Below the pieces are notes generated by a model. It made no database searches, was not told the DNA's origin, and saw nothing but the letters and a program-made list of their open reading frames with translations. Shown here in pieces: positions 49,133 to 62,300 of a DNA stretch of 64,000 bases. Source of the DNA: a virus (Duplodnaviria; Caudoviricetes); the IMG/VR virus record IMGVR_UViG_3300050821_001527, positions 138,883 through 202,882 of that record. One strand, given 5' to 3'. Position 1 is the stretch's first letter. Each line of letters opens with the position of its first letter. The translations under genes were made by a program, and so were the position numbers.

Positions 49133-52100
49133 ATGCTTGACATTCCCAAAGGCACAAACATCTATCGTGCGGCTGAAATGGCCGTTGCGGAAGCCCGTCG
49201 TTTCCGTATGGAAGTGCAGTTCGAGTTTAACGAGATTTACTTGAGCGTTTCCCCGCTTTCCTGCGCCGACGATATTGCCGTCATCTACAGCCTGAAATCT
49301 GAAATCCGCCGTTTAAAGGCTTGACAAACACTGAAAGAGCCGTTAAGGTCTAATCATGTTCTTCCTCGAAAAATTCAAAATCCGCGAATGGGGACAGGTC
49401 ATTCGTGACGGCAACGACAAGTTGGTGTTGTTGTATGGCGGCGACCCTATCGCCTTCATCAATCACCGCTGTATGTATATCCGTCGTGCCCCGCTTGGTA
49501 AGAACGACGATTTGACCCAAACCATCGCCGATTTTTCCAAAATGTATAAGCATTGGATTGAGTCCACGGTTATGGAGGACTCGGCTATCACCAATCTGAC
49601 AATCTCAAACTGATGAAAAACATCGTCAAAACCCTCGTCCAACTCGCCCTGCAAGCCGAACCCCTTCGTCGCCAGATTGATGAACAGGTCAAAAGGGTGG
49701 CTATCGAATGGTCGCAGGCTGATTCGTGGCGTTACCAGCATGGTGTTGACCGTCCCACCAAAACCGATTCGATTAACTCATGGAGCATTGACGGGGGCGG
49801 CATGGTGACTGTCCGCTGGTCGGAAACGTGGAACTACGGCGGCTATGCCGATGGTGACTTTGACTTTCCCGCGAAGTATATCTATGACGCTGACGCCCTC
49901 GTCCAGTGGACGCAGGACTGTCGCGCCGTTCAGAAGTCCAATGAGGCCGACGAAGCCGCAAGGCAGCGTGAGATTGACAGGGCGCAGTTGGAACGTTTAC
50001 AGGCGAAACTGGCACAGGCTTGATTATGGAAAAAGACCGCAAAGATTGGACGTTTGAGGAACTGAATTTGCATTGCTGCAAAATCATCTTGGAGCATCTG
50101 TTGAACGGCTCGTTTAAAACGGGCGTCTATATGGCCCTCCAAGTCGCCGTCATGTGGCACGATGAACAGAAACCACAAACAGAGCTTGACAAGAGGCGAA
50201 ACAGTCGTTAAGGTTATTCTATGCCGAATAATCCGTTAGTCAAAAGCCGCATTCTTTTAAATCCGATGAACGAAAAGTCTTTTTCTCACGTCTCCCGTTG
50301 GGGCACTGAGTTCCAATCGTTTCGTTGCGATTTTCGTAACGGAGTGGCGGTTAAGAATGCTCCGAAGGATAAGGCTAAACTTGCGAGCGACGTAGCTGAA
50401 ATGATTGGTTATCATTCTGTCGCAATCTGGCCCAACTTGAACGGGTTTCAGGGCTATGACTGCATCCAGTGGGCGTTTATATGAAGTGGAGTAAGACCAG
50501 ACCCAAGACGGTAGGCCATTACTGGTTTCAGGATGGCCTGACGAACAACCCAAGGATACTTCGTGTGACCAAGGAAGATGGTAAACTTTGGGCACAGGAC
50601 GAGGAAATCAGTTGCTCTTTCAAGCCGGGAAGTAAAATCACAGACCCGGATGACCTTGAGGAATGGGGCAGCGAACCCATCCCCGAACCGACGGAATAAA
50701 AATTCAATTTAATGAAAATCCATCGCTACAGGAAAACCGTTTACCGCTCCTTCAAGGGCCGTATCATCTGGAAAGACTCGGAAGGGTATTTCATTGATGG
50801 CTGGCCTTTCGAGGGCGTTAATGGTCTGCGCTTTTCCAGTCTTAGGAAAGTGAGAGTGGCGATTAGATTGTGGATAACCTTCTGCATGAACGTCTTTAAG
50901 CTCAACCGCTACCTGAACATGCTAACGGTTGACCCGAGCAACTACAGTGGTTGTTATGGGAAATTCATTAGCATTGAGAAACTCGAAAAACTTGTCAAAC
51001 GATGAAAAACCTAGCCTCCCATGACGAATCCCCGGAAAACGTCGCCTCGACGGACACCGCCCTGATTGCCGAACTGACTGCTGCGGGCATCCCCTGCGAA
51101 ATCCAGCCGAAACAGGTTGGTGGCGAAGTCCAGACCCGAGTGATGGGCAAGGCCGGGAACTTCGTCTTTGACCGTCGTTGGTATTATTGGGCGGTTGACG
51201 GGCGAGTCCCGCTGGAAGTAGCCAAGGAAATCTACGCCCTTGACTCAGGGAAGGTCGTTCGCGTTTCCGGTCACTGTATGGCTCCCACGCCCGAAGAATG
51301 GGCCATAGCCTACGAGGACGCCACCGGACGCATGGTGGTGGATGACGTGGAATGGGAAAAGGGACTCAAGATGTTCAGTGGCGAGCATTGGAAGGATACT
51401 TTGGTCAGGTGGAACACGGAACACGTCCCGCAAAGCAAGGCCGGGGCATCCTCGACCTTCGTGACTTCGTATCATATTGACACGCAGGAGGGTTTGAACC
51501 TGTTTACGTCGGTGCTACGCAAGCACAAACTAATCCCTTGACACAGGTGCAATTTTTGATAGGATGATTATATGCTAGAGACTTTCTGGAAAAGCAAACG
51601 CGCCAATTACCGTGTCATCCTCAAAAGCGGGGCGGATTATCGCTTGAGCGCGGAAAATTGCAAAATCAAATGGAACGAAGCAACCGGGAGTTTAATTTCC
51701 TATGAGTTTATCAGGCCCAAGGGCGAGGTTCCGTTCCATTGTTCGCCGCTTGAAATCGCCGCAATTCTTAAATTGGCTTGACAGCAATCGAAAATCAGGT
51801 AGGATAACTATATGACGCGAGACATTCCACTCTATCCAGACCGAACGCCAACCGAGGAAGGTCACTACATCTTCAAGGGTAAGTATTCCGGTCATGTGGA
51901 GTTGATTCATGTGCTGAATGCTGTGGGTTTTCGCGGCACCTATCTTGGGATTGTGAGTCATCGTGGCCGAAACGTCCTCGCGCTCCAAGGTTCGTTCAGC
52001 GAGAAACTCAACTTCCCCGTCCAATAAAATTCAATTTATATATGAGCAAGAACAAAGAACTCGCCCTCCGTGGACTCAGTTACCTTCGTGGTGACGATTT

Positions 52101-55100
52101 GGAACGTGCCCGTGCCGCCTTTCGCGGACTGACTTCAAGGCAAATGCAGGAGCAGTATGGCCAGAGTGGGCAGACGCGCCAGCAAATTCTCGACGGGTAT
52201 GAACAACACGCCCGCGAAGTCGAAGGGGCTGTTGCTTGGGTGAACGCTCAACGCGATTAACCATGAAGATTGTTGATTTTCAAATCCGTTTCGTGCTGGA
52301 ATGTCCTGTCTATGACGGGGCCGGGAAGGTTTGGCGAGTGCTGAACCTGAATACCGGGACAGTCTATTCCAACGCATACGAGACGGTTCACGCCGCCCGT
52401 AAGTCAATCGCCGTCGGCGAAGTGCGCGGGGGCTTGACTGTCAAGGCAGTTGACCTTCCCTACCTTTGCTCGCTCGTTGAACAGGATAACTAATATGTCG
52501 TGGTGTCTTTTCAAACATAATTGGAGCAAGTGGGGCAGAGTCCTCCCTTTGCATCACAGCTACGAAGCCATTCAAACGCGCCGTTGTTGGGACTGCGGTG
52601 CCGTCCAAACTCGCAAGATAAAGAGCGAAGTCGGTTTCGCCCACGCACAAAATTTACAACAAATCAACCAGCAACACAACATACCATGAACCCACTCCGT
52701 CGCCTTTACATCGCCATCTTCAAGCCTACTCGCGTCGTTGACTCGCAACTCATGTCTTTTTCCGAGGCCGACATTCTGATTCGTGCCGGTTTCGGCTGGC
52801 AACTCGCCAAGACCGACGAGGCTCTGTTGGAGGAAAACATGACTTGGGTTGAGAAACGCGAACCAATCACGCAATGAAAATGACACCCAAGCAACGCAGG
52901 CTCTATGATGGCCTGACGCGCAAGCAGAAAGTCATCTTCGACTCGGCCTTGGAAAGCTTTCCGGCCAGCAAGTTCGACTCGCTCTACGATATTGCCATAC
53001 AGGGCGGCGTGAAGTGGGATTTCAAGGGCCGATATTAAATTCAATTTATATGGACGCCAGAAGTAGAATGTTTTTCAACTGCACAATGTCGTTTATGATT
53101 GGGGCTATCATTATCGAATTGATTGCGTTTCCGGCCATGACTGCCAACAAGGTTTGGCGTCCCGAAGCCATCAAACGAAACGTGGCCCACTACGACGAAA
53201 ACGGAAAATTCACTTGGAACTCCGTCACCAACCGATGATTCCCAAACTCAAAATCCGCCTCGAAACTCTAGTCGCCCGAAAGCCTTGGGGCCGACCAGTC
53301 GCCGCGACAGTTCTTGTCTTTGTCGCCGTAGGACTACTAACGTGGCTGGTGCATGTGTCACAACCGACCCCGGAACAAATTCGCCAGCAACAGGAGCAGG
53401 CGCAAGCACAGGAGGCCCGCCAGCATCAAGAACAGCAAGCCGCAATTCACAGCGCACGTCTCGCCTTGGATGCCTTTGACGACGCCCAAGCAACCATAAC
53501 CAACCGATGACTCAACAATTTACATACTACCTGCATGACGACGCCACCCGTGGCGAACGCCGCGAAACCCTTGAGGCCCAAGGAGTTGAACTAAGCGAGG
53601 AAGCGTGGGAAAAGCTTGGGCGTCCATTCTACGAAATCGGCTTGAAGTGTGAGGTTGACGAATACGGGGTAGTCAAGATTCTTGGCGTTATCCCTTGACA
53701 GGAACCGAATCCCTGCTAGGATGTAGATATGGATGCGAAATTAAAAAAGGCATTGGAGAAGTTCGCGGAAAAGCACAACTTGGAAGTGCATTTCTCCTGC
53801 CTGTTCTGCGGAAACAAGAGAGAATCCGTGGGGGCTGTGTCGGGCAACCCGTTCTGTGACGCACCCTCGCATTTCGTGACGCTGACCCAAAAACCAGCCA
53901 AAAAGGGCAAACACGTCGCCGAGCAGTTCAGGTTGGGACTGGAATAAAATTCAATTTATATGGAACTCGCCAATCTCAAAGTCTCCGAATGGTATCAGGT
54001 TGAGTATCAACACCCAACCGACTTGCAGGACTTCTACAGGGGCAAGGGTTTGATTATCCGTCTGAACCCGCCCTGCTATCCCGTTGGGATTGTCGAAGTG
54101 CTTTGCGAGGATGGCCAGTTTGGGTATTTTGAGGCCAAAGACCTGATAGGTGCTACCCCGGCACCGGCAGATTTAACGTCGCTCTTGCTCAAGGTTGCCC
54201 GCAGGCTATGAGAGCCAAGTATATCATAGTCGAGAACTTAGGACTGGAAATGCCCATCGTTTTCAATCCGTGGTTTGCCCACGCAGACATTGGCAGGGCG
54301 CACAAGGTTATTTCAGCGGGGTTTTGCTCTTTTTACGTTGACAAAGACCGAACCGTATGGGAGACTTGGGGAGAGTCGGTGAGTATGAACATCAAATCCC
54401 GCAGGGAAGATGCGACAATCATCGGCAAGTATCTGCAATACGACTGCTAAAAACCTATGAAAATCGAAGTCTGCGAACGTCTTATGGATTACTGGCTGGA
54501 CGACAAGGGCCAGCAACGCCCGAAGTATCACGCCCAAATCGCTGGTGTCCCCGGCCTTTGGAGTTGTGGCCGCTCCCCGGACGAGGCTATTGGTGGCCTG
54601 ATTAACAGACATACCGGACTGTTCAATCTCGAAGTCGAACGCCTTGGCAAGCTCGCCCGATAACCCTTGACAACTAGAGAACGCTCTGGTATGTTCAATA
54701 CATGCTGCTAATTAAATCAATTTTAATCGGGGTCATCCTGATAGTCGGTCTGCTGTTCACCGACACCCCTTGGCTGCATTTCAAGAGACTCTGGCTCAAG
54801 CGTAAGGTGTGGCTGATGTTTGGCCGATGCCCGCGCTGCAACTGTGCCGTCAACTATACCCGAACCCAACGTCCGATTTGTCCTAACTGCGGAAAACCTT
54901 GTTAAACCTATGAGCGAAAACACCAAGCTGCAAATGCGTAGATTCACCGGAGACTTTTGCGAAAGTTACGCACAAAGCTTCGCCCGCGAATTAACCGCCC
55001 GTTTCGGGACGTTCCCGACCCTGCATTACAACTGCGATTACGATTTCCCTTGCGAGGTTCCGGTTGTGGTTACGGAAGATACAACCGAGGAATACACCAC

Positions 55101-58100
55101 GAAGCCGGGATTTTTCTCGAACGGCGGCGAAGTCAGGAAGCGAGTCGTCGCCTCCACCGTCCTGCTGGCTTTTTCGAGGACACTCACGAATGATGAATTG
55201 AAGAACTGGCGTTTCTTTAAGCTTGGCTACCTTTGCCGCACCTACACGCCGACCTGTTGGTCGTAATTGTCCTTGACAACACCCGAACATTTGGTAGAGT
55301 AAAAGAGTAGTCGGAACCTAAAACCAAAAACCTATGCCTAAAATCAAACCCCTCAAGTATGACCCCTGCTGCGGGACGCACATCAATCAAGCCTGCAAAG
55401 AGGCTGCTGCGCTTGCCAAGGAAAACGGGCGCATCGTCAATTTCAACTTCAACGGCGTCAAGCTTTCTGCCTCACCCGGCAAACCCGCCTCCACGTTGAA
55501 TTGGGAATACAACATGGAAATGAATCGCCTTGCCCACACGCCGGAAGCGGTTCGCAAACGCAAGGAATGGGAAGCTGAATCCGCCCGTGAAGTCGCGGAA
55601 ACCCAAGTCAAGGCTGACCGATTGATGGGCAAGCTGCCCCAAGTCGTCGGGAACCTGACCGAGTTGATGGCGTGGCTCAAGGAATACACGCCCTGCGCCG
55701 ACCTGATTGGCGTTAAGGCTGGCAATGAGCAACTGTTGATGTCCTTGACCGAGGCCGGTTACGAAGTCGGTTGGGGCGTTGGCAAGCCCAAGGAGTTTTT
55801 CGTGAAGGCGGAAAACGTGGGCCGTTGGGTCGTGGGACAGGTCATGGACTGCCTCAAGAGGGGCATGGGGCCGCATCCCATCACCACGAAGTTCTGCGAC
55901 GACTACAAAGCGTTACTGAAATGAGCAAGCCGATTACACCAGCCGAAGCCAAGGGATTGGCGCAGGAGTCAATCCCCGGCTTCGTGTTTGAAGCGGTCAA
56001 TCACCTGATTGCCACGAAGCTTGGAAGCAGTTCCAGCGTGAGTCTCAAGCAGGACGAGATTATCGCAGCGATTTTGGAACGTCCCGAGGCGGAAAGTCTG
56101 ACTCGCGGGGACGTGTTCAGCAATCATTGGCTGGACTTCGAGCCATCCTATAGAAAAGCGGGATGGGAAGTCGAATACGACAAGCCGGGATACTGCGAGA
56201 GCTACGAAGCGAACTTCACTTTCTCGTTCAAACAATAAAATTCAATTTATATGACTCGTCCGCAACTACCATCAGCACCCCGTCTGCGCGAACCCAACAA
56301 AACTTGGACGGAACGCAAGGAGCTTAATCGCAAGCAAATTTGGGACGGTGACGAGTTGGAGTTGTCCCCCACGTCCAGATATTTCTTTGACGTGCAATAC
56401 GATGGCGATACTTCTGACTACTTTTTGGTGGAGTATCAGGAAGTTGAACGCCCGAACGATGCTTACGCCAAACAACTCGCGGCCTACAATCGTGAGCAGA
56501 CCGAATACAAGGCTGACGTTGCCTCCTATCCCGACAGGCTCGCCCAATGGGAAGCGGGAGAACGTGGACGCAAGATGGAGCAATTCCTGCGCCTGAAAGC
56601 TGAATTGGGGCAATGACATGGACACCGTTCTCGAATTTCAACTGTGGTGGCTGGCCGACGAGCAATACAAGTTGCGCGACCAAGTGAGCAAGGAAGATGC
56701 TTTCCTAATATGGAAGGCTGCTTACACCATCGGGTATGACGAGGGTAAGTGGTTAAATGCCAATTAAAAATTCAATTTATATGCCAAACACTGTTAAATC
56801 CAATCAAGCCCGCACCATCGTTCCTGAACCATTGATGGGTGACATTTATCAGGACACCGAGACGAAAGAGCTTTACATGCTCGCGTGTTCCCGAACTGAC
56901 GAATATGCCGCCATTTCCCTGACGGACGGAAACCGTTTCAGCGACACCAGAAGCGATAAAAACGCAGCGGTTCGTGGTCTGGTTTTCTTCGGCAGGAACG
57001 TGAAAATTACCGTCCAAAGATAATTATGCCACGCCTGAAACGATACGCCTACATTCTGGAAACCGGGGATTCTCAATGGTCGCTTGAAACCACCCGCAAG
57101 ATGCCGCCGCTCCAAGTGTTCAAGGCTCTCTATCCCCGAATTTCGGAGGAAGCCAAGACCCTTGGGATAATCTTTTCCGTTTCGGGCGGGGACTTGGACG
57201 AGCCGGTGTATGTGTCCACGGAACGCGCCCTGCGTCACATTGGCAAATGGATTGAATAACCTTGACAGGAAACGAAAAATCCCTTAGATTAACAATATGA
57301 AAGCACTTGGATACATTACGGCAACGATTCTGGTTTCGGTCTATTCGACCCTCCTGAATGGTTGGGGTCTGACTAAGCTGTGGGCTTGGTTCATCGTCAC
57401 AACTTTCGGCTTGAAGCCGCTGCCCATCGCCGCTGCGATTGGTGTCTCTCTGGTTGCGAGCTATCTCACGCACCAGTTGATTACTTCCAAGGAGGCGAGC
57501 GAGAAAAGCTACGGGCAAGTCATCACCGAAGGCTTTATCTGGACGACCTTCAAGGTTGTGTTCGCTCTGGTGGGCGGGTTCATCGTGAAAGCGTGGATGT
57601 AACATGGAATCCACTTACACCAAGGAGTATGAAGTCAAGTATGTCTTGGGCGAGTGGTGGACTACCTTTGCCACCTGTTCAAGCCGCGAATACGCTGACC
57701 GTATCGAACAAATGCTTTTAGCGGACGGCAAGACCACCCGCATTGACGCCATTCGTCAGGGTGTCATCCTCGGAACCCCGAAACAACAATCGTAAATTTT
57801 ATGGTCAAGTATCGCATACGCTACAAGTTCAAAAGCCGCATCGGGAACCTGTATTTCAATCTCGAAAAGAGCGAGAATGATTTCCGCTCCTGCCAAGTCA
57901 TCGCTGAAAATGAGCCTGTCGAGGAATGTGAGCGCGTCTTGAAAGCCATTCTTGAAGGCGAGAGAGAAGTAATCATCGTCCCTATCCAAGTATCCACTTT
58001 CCGTCTCCACTAATTATGTCCATCCTGCGCGAATATACCTGCTCCTGTTCCCCGAGCGTTCCTTTCTGCGTCGTCCACAAGACTTTGGAGGGCAGGCAGG

Positions 58101-58636
58101 GTTATTGCTCTTGGTGCGGGAAACCGAATCCAACCCCGACTGGCAAGACCACGGTAATCGAAGGCGACTACTGCGTGGTTCGTAAGAATGGCACGGAAGT
58201 CGAGCGTTACAAAAAGAAAAACTTAGTTGACTCAAGAAACCTATAAACCTATGCAAAAACAACAAAAATTGGTAGTCGAGGACAGCATGGCGACGTTCAG
58301 CAACTACGTGAACCGCTTAATGAGCGAGGGATGGAAAGCCGTTCCCGGCACGGTTACGGCTACGATGGGGTTGAGTGGCTCTGGTGCGAACCGAAGTGCT
58401 TACTGTATCGTCCTCGAAAAAGAAATCTCCGCAACCGAATGATGCCACAAACACCCATCAAGATTTACAAGCGAGCATTGTTCGCCTTGTGCGAAAAGGC
58501 CATCGAATCGGGAACGAGTAATCAATCCCGCCTCGCTGAATATCTCAAAATCATCGCCAAAGAATCCTACGAGGACGGGGTAACTCCAACCATTGAGATA
58601 ACCCAAGACAGCTTTAATGTGTTGGTTGGATGCTGA
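49133..58636 (+). other. Hypervariable array of about 35 small hypothetical CDS (including 49133-49324, 49613-50023, 51002-51541, 52495-52689 DUF1660-like, 53235-53510 membrane, 55334-55924, 55921-56238, 56251-56616, 57297-57602 membrane)
   Basis: A promoter every 0.3-2 kb, leaderless starts, AATTCAAT junction motifs. Confidence 0.65.
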
Positions 58637-58639
58637 TAT

Positions 58640-59293
58640 TTAATTCAATTTATTGTTTTTGGATAAATTGTCATGCGCCCAAAGAGGTTGAAGGTTGGTG
58701 AAATGACAGGCTTTTAGAAAATCTTCCCTTATCGCCAAATCGAACGAGGATAATGGTTTCACATGGTCAATATGCCACTGGCCGTAGTTTTCCCACGACA
58801 TACCGGAGCTAAATTGATTTTCAAGGTGGGTTTTTAGTTCTGGAATACTGCAACCCAAATCCCTGACCGCGCTTCCAGTTTTAGATTGTTTTTTGATTGC
58901 TTGATATAGTCTGCCACGAAGGTTTATAGATAGTCGCGTATTCAAGTTTTTACGACGATTTCTACTATAAATTGCATTTAGAAGTTTGGCGTGAGGGCCA
59001 CGGCGACGAATTTTGTTTCTCTCTTGCTTTTTAAGCTTGATGGACAAGGAAAGTTGGCGGTATCGGTTTCTATCGTCTGCGCGATTACAAATTTTACACC
59101 TTGTTTTAATCCCGTGTTTGCTGCTGCCTGTGCTGTTTTTTGGAAACTCGGAAATTGGTTTTTCGAGTTGACACCCATTGCATCTTTTGGTAGGTAAAGT
59201 AAAACCGCTTACGGTGAATGCAGTCTGTGGAACAGAAGACCCTTCCAAGGGGCACGTAAGCGGTAAAGTATCATAGGTTTCCATAAGCTGCAT
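58640..59293 (-). CDS. HNH endonuclease, same family as 32086-32682
   Basis: LGCSIPELKTHLENQFSSGMSWENYGQWHIDHVKP...HFTNLQPLWAHDN.SK. Confidence 0.88.
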   Translation of the reverse strand: MQLMETYDTLPLTCPLEGSSVPQTAFTVSGFTLPTKRCNGCQLEKPISEFPKNSTGSSKHGIKTRCKICNRADDRNRYRQLSLSIKLKKQERNKIRRRGPHAKLLNAIYSRNRRKNLNTRLSINLRGRLYQAIKKQSKTGSAVRDLGCSIPELKTHLENQFSSGMSWENYGQWHIDHVKPLSSFDLAIREDFLKACHFTNLQPLWAHDNLSKNNKLN

Positions 59294-59351
59294 TCATAGA
59301 ATTATTACACATTTTCTTGACATTCAACGAGATAAATTCTATGATAAGATT

Positions 59352-62300
59352 ATGTCAGAGAACCAAAAATCACGATTCCCGCAGCACGAAATTGATTTGA
59401 CCCCTGCTTATACCAAGCTCGGTGAAGAACGTAAGGCTCAGGAAGCCGCCCAAGCTGCTGAAAAGGCCGCAACCGATAAAGCTGCCGCTGACGCGGAAGC
59501 TGCGAAAAAAGCAGCCGAGGGAGCAAAGTAATGTCCACGCCACGCGAAATCGAACGCGCCAGATTCAAGGAGCATGTCGAGCAGATATTGCAGGAACATG
59601 GCTTGATAGGCTCAGTTCAAGACCTTGCGGACTTTATCCGTAACCCGGAAGTCGTTTGGTATGGCCCGCATGAGTGCAATGGCTGTGGTGCCACGATAGT
59701 CAAATCGAGCATCAAATCAGGCGGGGTATCTTTGGACGCCCCGCACGACCATCACTATCCTAATCATCAATGGGCAAGGCATAATTGCCCGTCATCTTCA
59801 CGATGATATGTGTATTAGAATGAAATGGATAGAGATGAATTATCAGAGCGTGTAGAACACCTGATTGAAAAGGTTAATGGCTTGGATGTGGCTTTTGGCA
59901 GTTCCGCCAAACGTCAGGAAGCCGAGCAGTTAATCGAGTCTGCCGCCGATAGCCTTGAATCATACCTTGACCTTCTCGAAGATGAAGAAGGCGACGAACC
60001 TGAATAATGAGTGCTGAAATCCTAGAGAAGCAGATGCCGCCCAAGTCGTATTACGTTTTGGGCACGGACTGGTATTGCTACGTCGAACCAACCGCCAATG
60101 ACCTTGAGTTCCTGTCCAAAGAGGATAGGATGGTGGAAATCGCTACGAAGGCCGTGGAAGCGTTTTTCGGGCTGGTGGTCAACGATACCCTCGTCCAGAT
60201 GGACAAAGAGGTAGAACCGCAAATAGGCGTCGTTCTGGCCATCGTGGAGAAGGGTGGGGAGGACAAGCCGGACGATTACGATTACATTCCCTCTTACCTG
60301 CCCTTGGGAGGGGCTGGACGTTACGCCGCCAGTCGTCATACCCAAAATCTGTTCGCCGAATGGTTGAAGCAAGCCGACGCGAAAGCCAAGGCTCGACTCG
60401 CGGTGGACAAAACTAGACAGCCAAGGACGAACCGAAAGGCCAAGTCCCTCGAATTACCCGCCGCCCCCAAACCCCCGGCGACCCCACCGGAAGCCACCTA
60501 ACCCATTGTTGAAATCCTTTCCACCCACGGAGAACCATGTTTGACCTATTTTTAGACTTTAGGACGCTCCTGTGTGTCATCTTGTCCCTCGCATTAGGAG
60601 TTGAGACGATTTGGCTCATTCATTTGACACATTACGGTCAGGAAAAGTGGGGTGTTTTTCTGACCAAATTCAAACGATTTTCCAAGCAAATATGGGCCAT
60701 AAAAGTGCCTATTGGCAAGGGTTTCATGCAGGTCGGGTGGGCACCGAATACAGGGGATGGGTTAGAGGCCAGCATGGAGAGTATAAAGAGAGAAGGATAT
60801 AGGGGGATTGGGGTGGGGGTTGGGTTGGCTCGCGCACTTAAATTTATCCAAATAAAATTCATTAAATATCCAAAACAACCCACCAATCATCATCCCTACT
60901 AGCACTTACCCCAATGATTCCTGCGTTCTGCGAGGTTTCCCGACACGATAACATAGTTGCCGTTTGCAGGAAAACACAGTTGACGCCCACGGGTGCCCAC
61001 CAATTTAATTCAATAAAATTCATTTAAACGAATAAAAACAAATTAAATTAAACCCCTTGACGTTCCTTGAAATAACCCCTATGGTAATCTAATGAGCGAG
61101 AACCTACAAAACTGCCTCGGGGCTGCTGCGGTTATTTTCGCGTTCTGGCTTGGGGTCGCGTGTGTGGCGTGGGCCGTGGGGCAGGCGAAACCACTAAACA
61201 AACCCAATGGCAAAAAACTCAAACCCCCGCGTGACAATGAGAGCTATGACGACTGGGTTGCACGAATGGCATCACTAAAATAACAAACCCATTGACACCA
61301 GTGTAATCAACTGGTAGTATGAGTAAAGAAAAAGATGATGGTGGTGGGTATCCGATGGTGTTTAATTTGGATTTGGAAGATTCGGTGTCGGCCCGCACAC
61401 GACCACGTTACCCACGAAAGCGCGTGAGACATAATGGCACAGTGAGACACTTTGGCACACGTTGCAAACGATTTTCGGGGCAAATATAGACCCAAACAGA
61501 AACGTAATTTTTCGCAAATATACAACAATTTATGGCTTTTCCTGACGAAAAACCTTCCATTCCGAACGATAAATCGCCAAATACGGCAAAACCGCCAGTT
61601 GCCGAAAAACCCCCAAAAAAGACCCTCGCCCAATTCTACGCCGAGCAACAGCAATTAAAATTAAATAAATATCCCCCGGCTGACAAGGCGCACATCATGG
61701 CGAACTGGGGAACGGATGACCCCAAGGTTCGTGCGTTTATGGAGTTGGTCGCGGAATGGGCCGAGCATGAGTTCGACAAACAGGAAACGCCCGCGCCAGT
61801 CCCCAAGGAAGAACAGTGTCCGTGCCAATGTGGTCATGGTGTTATGTTGCATGATGTTGCGGGCAAGGAACACAAGTGCCGTGGCAAGGATTGCACCTGT
61901 AAAAAATACCAACCCAAACCCCTTGACAAGAAGTGAATTGTGGTATAGGGTAATGGTATGGATATTTACGACGAGGCCGCGAAAGAGTTTGAGAACATCA
62001 TGTTCGAGAACCTGAGCAAGCAGACCGTGGCTGTCCAGAGGCAGACGTGTTGCGCGTTGGAGCGCGGGTTAAAGAGCCTGCGAAACCGTTTGCGCCGAAA
62101 TACAGAGGAACGCCTGCAACAGCTTGTCAGGTTCCCGAAGTCGCCGCAGGACATGGCGCTCAAGCACAACCCCGACTGCGAGTTGGGGGGATAACTACAA
62201 AGAGTGCCCCGCCTGCCAGAAATAAGACCCTCAAAGCAAACCAATAATAGCCCAAATAATACACTATGGGTAAAGACATTTACTTTCGTGTGGTTGCCAA

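Larger units (their letters stand above)
12954..61018 (+). repeat. Dispersed AT-rich junction motif (T/A)AATTCAAT(A/T)(A/T)AT, about 19 copies
   Basis: Copies near 12954, 19367, 22789, 26922, 28202, 31215, 33705, 38907, 41515, 45233, 48636, 50701, 52028, 53038, 53948, 56239, 56769, 58642, 61007. Confidence 0.8.
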
